Positions 1 through 8,436 of a stretch of 64,000 nucleotides of DNA are shown here, one piece after another. Made by a program: the position numbers and the translations under genes. This stretch comes from Chitinophaga pinensis (GTDB lineage Bacteria; Bacteroidota; Bacteroidia; NS11-12g; UBA955): assembly GCA_945890895.1 (NCBI GenBank), contig CAMDDG010000009.1:306-64305 (forward strand), read 5' to 3'. Position 1 is the first letter of the stretch. The number at the start of each line of letters is the position of its first letter. The notes under the pieces were generated by a model. It was not told the DNA's origin. It did not search any database and saw only the letters and a program-made list of their open reading frames with translations.

Positions 1-445
1 GTTGTGAAACGGATTCCAATTGTTTTCTGAGCGTTTCAAGGCGCAAACGTTCTTTTTCAGCCTGAGCAAGTGCGTCGTTTAACTGCAATTCCTTGTTTTG
101 AATGGCTTTGTTTTTCTCGTCAATTTCTTTGAATAAACGACGTTGTTTGTCGTTAATATCCTCACCTAAACTTTTGATGTAGTTTTTGTTTTCTTCGAGT
201 TCGTTGCCGCAGATTTGGATGCTGTCGCGCAATGCAGAAATTTTCAATCGCTGATTTTCAAGATTTACTTCGTGAAATTTGATTAACGTTATCAACGAAT
301 CTTTGGAATGTGTGCAGATGGTTTCGTTGGTTTCACAAACCACGCGGGTTGAATCTAATGTACCCTGCAACGCTTGATACTGCTTCTTGCTCACGCACGA
401 AAACAAAATAAACGAAACTACCGACAAATACCACAGTTTTCTCAT
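1..445 (-). CDS. lipoprotein with coiled-coil region, N-terminal part only (gene runs off the window start)
   Basis: Own minus-strand translation. ATG at 443-445 gives MRKLWYLSVVSFILFSCVSKKQYQ (lipobox-like LFSC), followed by a Q/E/K/L-rich heptad-like sequence that stays open to position 1. It is not in the ORF track because it is truncated. Confidence 0.55.
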   Translation of the reverse strand, partial: MRKLWYLSVVSFILFSCVSKKQYQALQGTLDSTRVVCETNETICTHSKDSLITLIKFHEVNLENQRLKISALRDSIQICGNELEENKNYIKSLGEDINDKQRRLFKEIDEKNKAIQNKELQLNDALAQAEKERLRLETLRKQLESVSQ

Positions 446-460
446 AGCTACGAAATTAAA

Positions 461-528
461 AACTAAACCCCGAACCGAAGTCCGGGGTTTTGCACATGTA
501 TTGTTGAATAGACAATGTTTACAAAGCA
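461..528. repeat. direct repeat copy 1 (orphan duplicate of the receptor gene 3' end plus its terminator hairpin)
   Basis: aactaaaccccgaaccgaagtccggggttttgcacatgtattgttgaatagacaatgtttacaaagca is near-identical to 1871-1936. It contains the stem aaaccccg/cggggttt. Confidence 0.9.
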
Positions 529-593
529 GGGATTTATTTTTTCAATTTGAAGTAATAATTTTTATCGAAATATGATTCCTAGGTTGATTCTCG

Positions 594-601
594 TATTTTT
601 G
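594..601 (+). promoter_or_regulatory. Bacteroidetes-type -7 promoter box (TAnnTTTG) for the XRE gene
   Basis: TATTTTTG lies 16 nt upstream of the ATG at 617. Confidence 0.4.
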
Positions 602-616
602 ATTTGATAAATTTTT

Positions 617-997
617 ATGGAAGATTATAAGGATTCAAATAAGGAGGTTCAAAAAGTACTTGAAAATATTAAAAAATTCAGAGAACTTAAAAATATTACA
701 CGAGAGCAAATTGCGGCTGATCTGGATATGAGCACATCTGGCTATTCAAAAATTGAAAGAGGGGAAAATGAATTAAGCTTAACTCGATTATATCAAATAG
801 CAACTGCATTAGATGTTAAAATTTCTCAAATTTTGAATTTTGATGTAAAATCAGTTTTTAATATTACTAGTAGTTATGATTTTGTTGGTAGTGGTACAAT
901 TAATCATTATGAGTCGGATGAATACAAGAAAAAGTACATAATCAAATTAGAAGAAGAAATAGTTCAATTAAAATCTGAATTATCAAGGAAAAAATGA
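617..997 (+). CDS. XRE-family helix-turn-helix transcriptional regulator
   Basis: The 126-aa ORF contains IKKFRELKNITREQIAADLDMSTSGYSKIERGENELSLTRLYQIATALDVKISQIL, a classic HTH_3/Cro-C1 fold signature. The C-terminus is a coiled coil. Confidence 0.85.
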   Translation: MEDYKDSNKEVQKVLENIKKFRELKNITREQIAADLDMSTSGYSKIERGENELSLTRLYQIATALDVKISQILNFDVKSVFNITSSYDFVGSGTINHYESDEYKKKYIIKLEEEIVQLKSELSRKK

Positions 998-1160
998 GGA
1001 TTTTTTTAGGTTACAGCAGAATAATACCAAAATTATTCATTGGGACATAAAATTAGTCCTAAAAAAGGATTAAATTGCCTAAATAAGGTAATAAAAACCT
1101 GAATTAGGATTGTTATTGGTATTCATATTTGTTTGTTTTGAATCACAAAACTATTCAAAA

Positions 1161-1814
1161 ATGAAAATCTCAAATTATCTTCTTCAAACCGCAGCGGTCG
1201 GTTTAATTTTAATTTCTTCATCTTGTGCAACTCGAACTCTAAAAGTTGCGCCAATGGGGCAACTTAATCAAGTATCTACTCGCAATATTGATGGTTCAAA
1301 AAAATACATTCCATTGATGACTTATGCTGGTGTGAGTAGTTCAGAAATTGAGAATGCCATTCAAAACTCGAAAAAAGGTAAAATTAAAAGGAAAAATCCC
1401 ATTTACAAGGAAATAACAAAATACAAAGGTAACACAATTAACGAAGCTGTAGATAACGTGGTTAAAACACAAGTTGGAGGCGAGTATTTAATGAATACCA
1501 GATTTTATATTGTTGAAGAAAAAGTAAAAGAAGGTAAATTAGTTACAGTAAAAAATTCTTTTGTCGCCACTGGAGATGTTTGGGGATTAAGGGATTCTAC
1601 TCAGAATATAAAAGGTTTTAAAGTAGGTGATAGGGTAGTATTTACATTTACAAAAGAGTTGAAGAAATCTCTAAAAAAGAATTTTTCAGGGGTAATAGGC
1701 AAACAGTATCAAGCTTTGATAGTAACCCTTATGGGTGCCGAGTGCACATTAAAGACTGATGACGATGTTTTAGTAGATATTCCATACTCAAATCTTCGTA
1801 AATTGGATTATTAA
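1161..1814 (+). CDS. lipoprotein of unknown function
   Basis: The ATG at 1161 gives MKISNYLLQTAAVGLILISSSCATR, a signal peptide with a lipobox Cys. The TTG at 1110 in the ORF track is probably an overextension. A strong terminator follows the gene. Confidence 0.7.
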   Translation: MKISNYLLQTAAVGLILISSSCATRTLKVAPMGQLNQVSTRNIDGSKKYIPLMTYAGVSSSEIENAIQNSKKGKIKRKNPIYKEITKYKGNTINEAVDNVVKTQVGGEYLMNTRFYIVEEKVKEGKLVTVKNSFVATGDVWGLRDSTQNIKGFKVGDRVVFTFTKELKKSLKKNFSGVIGKQYQALIVTLMGAECTLKTDDDVLVDIPYSNLRKLDY

Positions 1815-1840
1815 AATTTAATTGTCAATGGAATTAGTAA

Positions 1841-1870
1841 AAAATAAGGGCATCTAGCCCTTATTTTTTT
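1841..1870 (+). terminator. rho-independent terminator of the lipoprotein gene
   Basis: The hairpin aaaataagggc-atcta-gcccttatttt is followed by a T-run. Confidence 0.8.
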
Positions 1871-1936
1871 AACTAAACCCCGAACCGAACCAGGGTTTTG
1901 CACATGTATTGTTGAATAGACAATGTTTACAAAGCA
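1871..1936. repeat. direct repeat copy 2 (authentic 3' end and terminator of the TonB-dependent receptor gene)
   Basis: Same sequence as 461-528 except for 2-3 nt in the hairpin loop. It includes the stop codon and last codons (rc gctttgtaa) of the 1927-4452 gene. Confidence 0.9.
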
Positions 1937-4452
1937 AAATCCATTTTGTAATAAAACAACGGCAACAATCCCAACTGATACGAAACCCTGCGATACGGAG
2001 GTTCATTGATGTAGGTATAATTCAAAATGTTCTTGTTGTTGGTGATGTTGATGAAATCAAAAGCAATTTCGTGCGACACCTTTTTCGCATTGATTCGGTA
2101 ACTGATACGCAAATCAAAACGCATGTAGGGCTTGTCGAAACGTTGAGTATTCTTTTCTGCATCCAACTCCACATATTCTCTATTATTAACTGATGCCGCT
2201 GAATCTATGGGAGAGAATCTTCGCGCACCTGCAAATGTTGCTTTTCCCCCGATATTAATCAAGTGATTCTTTTTTATGGTAAATTCTTTAGCAATTAATG
2301 CGTTCATGGCATAGTCGGTATTGAAATCACTGTTTCTCCAGATGTTATCACTGCCTTTGTATTCAGCATCGAAAACACTTCCCGAAAACAAATAATAAAA
2401 CCCTTTTGAGAAGAATTTCTCGATTGTCAGTTCTAAACCGTAATTGTAACCAACTCCTTCATTGTATAAATCCCCCGGAAAGAAACGACTGAAACCCGAC
2501 CCAGTATTGGCCAAACTGAATGATGAACCGTTACCGGTAAGTGGGTTGTATTTTTCGATGGGTATATCCCACAGATTTTGATAGTAGGTTTCCAATTTTA
2601 TGCGACTGGCTTTACCCAATTGATGATCCCAACCTAAAATGTAATGAGCCGATTTGGTTAAACCCATATCCAAGTTGTGCGGTTGAATCAAGCCGGGACG
2701 ATTATAAAAATAGATGTAGGCCGATTGCGTTTGTGCATGAATTCCTGTTCCAAAATTGAATGAGTTGCGCTTATCCAATTGATATCGAGCCGAAAAACGA
2801 GGCAAAAACAAAGCCGATGACCAGTGCGATTCGGGAGTACCCCCGAAACTCGCATTCAACGGTTGGTAACCAATTCGGAACAATTGCGATTGAACGCCAA
2901 CCACGGTGGTTAAACTGCGCGACCAACGATTTTTCAACTGAACGTAAGGCAAAAACATATCACCGGTTCCATTGGCATTCCAACGCACTGACCATGTCCA
3001 ATAATTAGATAAAACAGGGTTTAAATTACGCGCTGAATCGAAAAAGGTGTACATGTAATGGGTGTACTGAATTCCGTATTTCAATGTTGCCTTTGGACTG
3101 ATAGCGTAATTTATAAATGCATGTGATCCAATGGATTGGGTTCTGAAAAGATAGTCCAAATTGGGCACAATGGAGTCGTTGCGGAAGCGATTGAAGGTTT
3201 CACCGTTTTCTTCGAATGTATCGGTAACAGTTCTGAAGACCAATTCATGGTTGGCGTTAACACTTTGATGGTTGTAACTGGCAACGATTTTGAAATAGGC
3301 TTTCGATGAAATGGGCTTTTGATATGCGGCTCCAACAATTCCCATTTTAGAACCGAAATATTGATCGCGGTCATTATCACCGTATAAATTTCGGGAAGAA
3401 ACAAGTTTATCTGAAATCAAAATGTCAATTTTAGAGATTCCTCCGATACCAAAGAAGGAAAGTTTGGCATTGTTCTTCAAGGGAAATTTAAAATGGAAGG
3501 AAGCGTCTTGGTAATTGGGTACTGCATCGGTTCCAATGGGAACTTTCAACGCACTCAACATGGAAAGGGTGGAGTAGCGGTAAGTAATTAGATAGGAAGC
3601 CCCCTTTTTATTCAGCGGACCTTCGAAAAGTCCATCCCATCCTAAAATACCAAACTGAGTGCTTACTTCATGGCGCTTGGTATTACCCGCTCTCAATTTT
3701 AGGTCGAAAGCACCGGAAATCCCGTTTCCATATTCAGCGGGAAACGCACCGGTAAAGAAGTCGGAATTCGCGAGTATTTTATTGTTGATGATGGAAACCG
3801 ATCCCCCGGTGGTTCCGGGAATAGCAAAGTGATTGGGGTTGGGGATGTCGATACCTTCGATTCTCCATAAAATTCCCGCAGGCGAGTTTCCGCGAACCAC
3901 AATATCATTTCTGGAATCATCTGCTCCTTGCACTCCAGCAAAATTGGATGCCATACGTGCTGGGTCGCCTCGACTGCCTGCAAAACGGTCGGTCTCTTCT
4001 ACGGTAAATAATCGCGCTGAGATGAGCGCAGCGTCGTTATTGGTTTCGTGGGATTTTTTAGCCGTAATATTAACTTCACTGATTTTATCTATTTCTTGAA
4101 CCAAATTAGCATCCAATTCTACGTTCAATACCAGCTGTTTACCCGAAGTTACAATGATGCCGCCGATGTTCTTCGAAGAGAAATTTTTTGCTGTGATGGT
4201 AATTTCATTTCGTCCCCACCAAATTTTATTTATAGTAAACTCACCTTTATAGTTAGTAAAGGTTTTTCGAGATGAGTCTCGGTTGGATTCCCAGATAATG
4301 TTAATTTGGGCGTTCTCTATGGGGATTTGAGTTTCTTTATCGATAACGGTTCCTGTAACGGTTTGATATTGTTGCTGTGCACTGACTTCAATGAAAAAAG
4401 AGCCAAGCATCAATATTAGACCCAAAGTTTTAGAAAGTACGATTCTATTCAT
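1927..4452 (-). CDS. TonB-dependent receptor-like outer-membrane protein with an N-terminal carboxypeptidase-regulatory-like domain
   Basis: 841 aa with a signal peptide. It has a CarbopepD_reg-like segment (TGTVIDKETQIPIENAQINI) and a plug-like segment (RFAGSRGDPARMASNFAGVQGADDSRNDIVVRGNSPAGILWRIEGIDIPNPNHF). The long beta-barrel region ends in an aromatic-rich C-terminus. Confidence 0.8.
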   Translation of the reverse strand: MNRIVLSKTLGLILMLGSFFIEVSAQQQYQTVTGTVIDKETQIPIENAQINIIWESNRDSSRKTFTNYKGEFTINKIWWGRNEITITAKNFSSKNIGGIIVTSGKQLVLNVELDANLVQEIDKISEVNITAKKSHETNNDAALISARLFTVEETDRFAGSRGDPARMASNFAGVQGADDSRNDIVVRGNSPAGILWRIEGIDIPNPNHFAIPGTTGGSVSIINNKILANSDFFTGAFPAEYGNGISGAFDLKLRAGNTKRHEVSTQFGILGWDGLFEGPLNKKGASYLITYRYSTLSMLSALKVPIGTDAVPNYQDASFHFKFPLKNNAKLSFFGIGGISKIDILISDKLVSSRNLYGDNDRDQYFGSKMGIVGAAYQKPISSKAYFKIVASYNHQSVNANHELVFRTVTDTFEENGETFNRFRNDSIVPNLDYLFRTQSIGSHAFINYAISPKATLKYGIQYTHYMYTFFDSARNLNPVLSNYWTWSVRWNANGTGDMFLPYVQLKNRWSRSLTTVVGVQSQLFRIGYQPLNASFGGTPESHWSSALFLPRFSARYQLDKRNSFNFGTGIHAQTQSAYIYFYNRPGLIQPHNLDMGLTKSAHYILGWDHQLGKASRIKLETYYQNLWDIPIEKYNPLTGNGSSFSLANTGSGFSRFFPGDLYNEGVGYNYGLELTIEKFFSKGFYYLFSGSVFDAEYKGSDNIWRNSDFNTDYAMNALIAKEFTIKKNHLINIGGKATFAGARRFSPIDSAASVNNREYVELDAEKNTQRFDKPYMRFDLRISYRINAKKVSHEIAFDFINITNNKNILNYTYINEPPYRRVSYQLGLLPLFYYKMDFAL

Positions 4453-4509
4453 ATGGAAAAGTTGGTTATTGGATTTTAAATTTAATGTTGATTACCTCAA
4501 TTTGTTTTG

Positions 4510-4545
4510 GGTTGAATTGCAACTTTGTAAAGTTGAAATTCAACC
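4510..4545. promoter_or_regulatory. extended perfect hairpin/palindrome in the receptor-rhodopsin divergent intergenic region
   Basis: ggttgaatt-g-caactt-tgta-aagttg-a-aattcaacc forms 9 + 6 bp of stem, 58-93 nt upstream of the receptor ATG. No gene ends here, so it is not an obvious terminator. Confidence 0.3.
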
Positions 4546-4949
4546 GGGTCAAAAGTAACTCAAAATCCTAGTAGGGGAAATGGGATTTTTATGAAAAAAT
4601 CGTAAAGTTAAACAATCGATTTACGGAAAAATGCAAATTTACTACGGGGTATATGAAAAGAAAATTTGGGATTTATTCAAAGTGTATTTCTTGGATATAT
4701 GATGGAGCCATAGTTCCAATTTTGGGAAAATGGGTCTATTTTAATGAATATTTTATATGCGGTTTTACATATTGCGTTTATAAATGTGTAAATGTTTAAT
4801 AATTATATAATTAAATATTATACAAAAATTTAAAACTATTATTAAATAAGTATGTTTGTTTGTTGTTGTATGAACAACAATATTATTTATGAATGTTCGT
4901 AAATACATATAAATCAAACATATAAAAATTGAAAAATATAAATAATGCA

Positions 4950-4957
4950 TATATTTG
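4950..4957 (+). promoter_or_regulatory. Bacteroidetes-type -7 promoter box for the rhodopsin gene
   Basis: TATATTTG lies 30 nt upstream of the ATG at 4987 and sits inside a very AT-rich 180-bp stretch. Confidence 0.45.
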
Positions 4958-4986
4958 TCGTTTTACAACAACCTAATTCAAACAAT

Positions 4987-5739
4987 ATGTTAAACTTACT
5001 TACTCAAACTACAGCTACGACAAACGATGCGTTGGCGTTGCTAACAGGCACGGGGTTAAATTCCTATGTTGCCTTCACTTTTTTTGTGGGAACTATGGCA
5101 ATGATGGCCGCTTCCGTTTTCTTTTTCTTTGAAATGCGCAACGTTGCAGAGCGCTGGCGCACTTCAATTTTGGTATCTGGTTTAATCACTTTTATCGCGG
5201 CGGTACACTATTACTACATGCGTGGTTTTTACATGGATTACCAATCATCTCCTACATTCTTCCGTTATGTGGATTGGTTATTAACCGTTCCATTGATGTG
5301 TGTAGAATTTTATTTAATTACCAAAAAGGCAGGTGCAAAAATCGGTTTGATGTGGAAATTAATCTTAGCTTCAGTAATCATGTTGGTTACTGGTTACTTT
5401 GGTGAGACAATCGATCGAGATCAATCAGTTTTATGGGGAGTAATATCCGGTCTAGCTTATTTCTACATCGTTTACCTAGTTTGGGCTGGTGAAGTAGCTA
5501 AATTGGCTGAGACAGCTGGTGAAAATGTGAAAGCAGCAGTACGTATCTTAGGATGGTTTGTACTTGTAGGATGGGCTATATATCCAGTGGGATACATAAT
5601 CGGAACTCCCGGTGGATTGTTCGGTTGGAATCCAGGTGTTGATCCTGCTTTCATGGATGTTGTTTATAACATAGGTGATGCGGTTAACAAAATCGGATTC
5701 GGTTTGGTTATTTATGCTTTAAGTCAAAAAGAGAAATAA
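4987..5739 (+). CDS. proteorhodopsin-type light-driven proton pump (DTE motif)
   Basis: It has seven hydrophobic helices. RYVDWLLTVPLMCVEFY gives the D-T-E residues at PR positions 97/101/108, with Met at the tuning position 105. YNIGDAVNKIGFG supplies the Schiff-base Lys and the preceding Asp. I prefer the start at 4987 (MLNLL) because the -7 box lies inside the longer 4945 ORF. Confidence 0.9.
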   Translation: MLNLLTQTTATTNDALALLTGTGLNSYVAFTFFVGTMAMMAASVFFFFEMRNVAERWRTSILVSGLITFIAAVHYYYMRGFYMDYQSSPTFFRYVDWLLTVPLMCVEFYLITKKAGAKIGLMWKLILASVIMLVTGYFGETIDRDQSVLWGVISGLAYFYIVYLVWAGEVAKLAETAGENVKAAVRILGWFVLVGWAIYPVGYIIGTPGGLFGWNPGVDPAFMDVVYNIGDAVNKIGFGLVIYALSQKEK

Positions 5740-5769
5740 TTGACCTAGTCAACTTCGTTCTGAATATGA

Positions 5770-5802
5770 AAGGGCTGCTCATTTTATGGGCAGCCCTTTT
5801 TG
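5770..5802 (+). terminator. rho-independent terminator of the rhodopsin gene
   Basis: The hairpin aagggctgc-tcattttatgg-gcagccctt is followed by tttt. Confidence 0.8.
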
Positions 5803-5937
5803 TTTGTTAAAGTGTCCCTTACCTAAATAATGTTCAACTTATGGGAGTTCGTTACAATGAATAAATTTTTAAATGAATTGCATTTATGTCACAAAAGCGA
5901 ACTGGCAATGAAATCTACTTATTAATGAGAAACCGGA

Positions 5938-7488
5938 TTAATGAGAAACCGGTTGCTTGTCGGAGTTGACAATCATATAACTTGTAAGCGGACTGTGCTT
6001 GTCGGCTTCTAGGTGCAACCATTTTTTGTATTTGATGTACCACTTCCAGCGGATGGACGGGAAACCAGACTTGAAGTACTGGATAACCAATGGATTGGCC
6101 TTGAGTGTAATGGTTTTTTGATTCAATTGCTCCCACAAATACAGAATTTCATTTTCAATTTTGTTGAGTAACTGAACGCTGCTATCCGCTCTGCCTGTAC
6201 CCATGCAACTGCTGCACAGTTCGGTGTTTGCAATTTCCAATGCTGGACGAACACGCTCACGGGTAATCTGAACCAACCCAAATTTACTCATAGGTAAAAT
6301 GGTATGTTTGGCACGATCTTTATTCATGGCGTCGCGAAGTAGCTGGTGCAAAGCCGCTTTTTTCTTGGGATCTTTCATGTCAATGAAATCAATGACAATG
6401 ATACCACCCATGTCGCGTAAACGGACTTGTCGAGAAATCTCTGCTACCGCCTCTGAATTTATTTTGAAAACGTTTTCTTCTCTATTTTGGGGATCGAAAC
6501 TGGTGTTACCAGAGTTCACATCAATAACATGTAAGGCTTCAGTGTGTTCAATAACCAAGTATGCACCTCCGCTGAACGGAACATTCTTGCCGAATGAGTT
6601 CTTAATTTGTTTATTGATACCGTATTGATCGAAAATAGGAACTTTGCCTTGATACAATTTCAGGATTTTTTGAGAATCCAATTTGTAACGATCTACAGTG
6701 GTTTTGAGGGATGCAAATACTTCGGGATCATCGGTGGAAATTTGGGAGAACGAATCGTTGAGAATATCTCTCAATAAACCATCCAAACGATTGTCATTAT
6801 CGGTGATGCGTTCACCGACTTTAGCGTTTCTTAAACCAATGACTAAATCATCCCATTTTTTAAGAAGGTCGCGTAAATCGCGATCTAATTCTTCTAAGGC
6901 TACGCCTTCAGAAACCGTACGAATAATGACACCGAAATTCCTCGGTTTGATGCTAGAGGCAATGTCTTTTAAACGCGATTTTTCTTTGGCATTTCCAATT
7001 TTACGTGAAACGGAAATGGACTTAGAAAAGGGAACCAGAATAAAGTACCTACCTGGAATGGAAATATCGCAGGTAATTTTTGGTCCTTTGTTTGCAATGG
7101 GTTCCTTGATAACCTGAACGAGCAATAGTTCACCAGATCGCACCGTTTGGCCGATTTTTCCAGTTTTTACCGTTTGCTCCTCGAATGTAAAGTCATCTAA
7201 ATCGGAGGGAAGTTTATGATTTTCCCTCACCAATTTAGTGAATTTTTGAACAGATTTGATGTTAGGACCGAGGTCGAAATAGGTTAAGAACCCATCTTTT
7301 TCGGCTTTTAAATCCACAAAGGCCGCATTCAATGAGGGAGAGATCTTTCGAACTTTACCCAAATAGAAATCACCCACCTGAAAAGGTGCATCGAATTGTT
7401 CTCTGTGGAATTCTGTTAAGGATTTATCAGAAAGCAGAGCAATTTCTAAACCAGACGAATTTTTTTGTATTACTAATTCGTTAGACAA
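5938..7488 (-). CDS. rng: ribonuclease G / RNase E-G family endoribonuclease
   Basis: 516 aa with an N-terminal S1 domain (GDFYLGKVRKISPSLNAAFVDL). It also has the RNase E/G catalytic core (HVIDVNSG, GGIIVIDFIDM) and a Zn-link-like CSSCMGTG. The start appears to be TTG. Confidence 0.9.
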   Translation of the reverse strand: MSNELVIQKNSSGLEIALLSDKSLTEFHREQFDAPFQVGDFYLGKVRKISPSLNAAFVDLKAEKDGFLTYFDLGPNIKSVQKFTKLVRENHKLPSDLDDFTFEEQTVKTGKIGQTVRSGELLLVQVIKEPIANKGPKITCDISIPGRYFILVPFSKSISVSRKIGNAKEKSRLKDIASSIKPRNFGVIIRTVSEGVALEELDRDLRDLLKKWDDLVIGLRNAKVGERITDNDNRLDGLLRDILNDSFSQISTDDPEVFASLKTTVDRYKLDSQKILKLYQGKVPIFDQYGINKQIKNSFGKNVPFSGGAYLVIEHTEALHVIDVNSGNTSFDPQNREENVFKINSEAVAEISRQVRLRDMGGIIVIDFIDMKDPKKKAALHQLLRDAMNKDRAKHTILPMSKFGLVQITRERVRPALEIANTELCSSCMGTGRADSSVQLLNKIENEILYLWEQLNQKTITLKANPLVIQYFKSGFPSIRWKWYIKYKKWLHLEADKHSPLTSYMIVNSDKQPVSH

Positions 7489-7498
7489 TGGCTATTGC

Positions 7499-7588
7499 TT
7501 ATTTTTTCTTATGACGGTTTTTGCGCAAACGCTTTTTACGCTTGTGAGTCGCAATTTTATGTCTTTTTCTTTTCTTTCCGCTTGGCAT
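7499..7588 (-). CDS. 29-aa highly basic small protein (AURKAIP1/COX24-like, candidate ribosomal protein bS22)
   Basis: Own translation: MPSGKKRKRHKIATHKRKKRLRKNRHKKK*. It lies between the TPR gene and rng on the same strand and is below the ORF-track length cut-off. Confidence 0.7.
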   Translation of the reverse strand: MPSGKKRKRHKIATHKRKKRLRKNRHKKK

Positions 7589-7599
7589 AATTCTAAATA

Positions 7600-8424
7600 T
7601 TAATTTTGTTTACTGTTACGTTGCACTTTCACCGCTAAATCTAAGTAGACCTTCGCATTGGTGGAATCTCCCATCTGTCCAAATATGTCGCTTGCTTCAA
7701 ACAACCAATAAGGATTTTGGGGTTGCAAAGATACTAATTTTTCGCACTTTTTTATGGCTTTTTCCAACTGATTGGATTTTTTTAGCAAATTTAGATGAAT
7801 AAAGTTGAGTTCAACATCATTGCTATCAATGGAATACGATTCTTTTAAAGTGGCTAAGAACATCATGGGTTGATTAGCAAATTCGCTTTGATACACAATC
7901 AGCGCATTTCTTAAAGCCATGTTTTTGGGAGATTTCTTCAGGCCACTATCGATCCAACGCTTACCTTGTTGAAAAAGGAAGTTTCGAACGGTGTTATTTT
8001 CGGTGGTACCCGCAGCTAAGAAAATATAATCGCGGGCAACATCTTCGATTTTACCTTGTTGATGAAATTCAAATAAATCTGATTTAATCAACGATACCAG
8101 CGGAAATGTACTGGTTTCTTCGGCCCATTTTAAGGCGAATTTCAAACTATCGGAAGAGGTTTGTTTGGGATCGGATAAAATGATCCGTGCTACTGCAGCG
8201 GGTGGTTTTGTTTTATCGAAAACGGCTCCTAAGAATTCAACGCGGCTCACATCTGCAATGATTTCTGAGCCTGAGTTCATACCAGCCATTCCTGGCATGG
8301 TGGGCGTTTCTCCGGTGCCTAATGTTCCACTTGAGCTTTTGAACCGGTTGGCAAAAATCAGTACTGCCAATACAGCGGCAATTCCTAAAACAATGCGAAC
8401 CTGTTTGGCAGTACTGAAATTCAT
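7600..8424 (-). CDS. membrane-anchored TPR-like repeat protein
   Basis: 274 aa with an N-terminal hydrophobic anchor (VRIVLGIAAVLAVLIFA). The C-terminal half is helical-repeat/TPR-like. Confidence 0.6.
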   Translation of the reverse strand: MNFSTAKQVRIVLGIAAVLAVLIFANRFKSSSGTLGTGETPTMPGMAGMNSGSEIIADVSRVEFLGAVFDKTKPPAAVARIILSDPKQTSSDSLKFALKWAEETSTFPLVSLIKSDLFEFHQQGKIEDVARDYIFLAAGTTENNTVRNFLFQQGKRWIDSGLKKSPKNMALRNALIVYQSEFANQPMMFLATLKESYSIDSNDVELNFIHLNLLKKSNQLEKAIKKCEKLVSLQPQNPYWLFEASDIFGQMGDSTNAKVYLDLAVKVQRNSKQN

Positions 8425-8436
8425 GAAAAGAAGTTA

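Noticed and set aside
387-575. ORF 387-575 and ORF 1909-2193, which share the peptide ...LLNRQCLQS...
   Set aside because: The shared peptide is a by-product of the 66-bp direct repeat (terminator hairpin plus receptor gene end) read in an arbitrary frame. ORF 1909-2193 lies antisense inside the receptor gene. There is no start context or other coding signal.
2541-4275. Several 70-100 aa ORFs on both strands inside 1927-4452 (2541, 2760, 3111, 3699, 3833, 4048)
   Set aside because: They lie entirely within the well-supported 841-aa receptor gene, and their low-complexity translations are typical of shadow frames. The same reasoning applies to the short ORFs nested in rng, gldE, ompA, the GH65 gene and the other long genes.
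4945-4986. Upstream start (MHIFVVLQQPNSNN) for the rhodopsin gene
   Set aside because: The TAnnTTTG -7 box at 4950-4957 lies inside this extension, and the extension is not hydrophobic. ATG 4987 fits promoter spacing.
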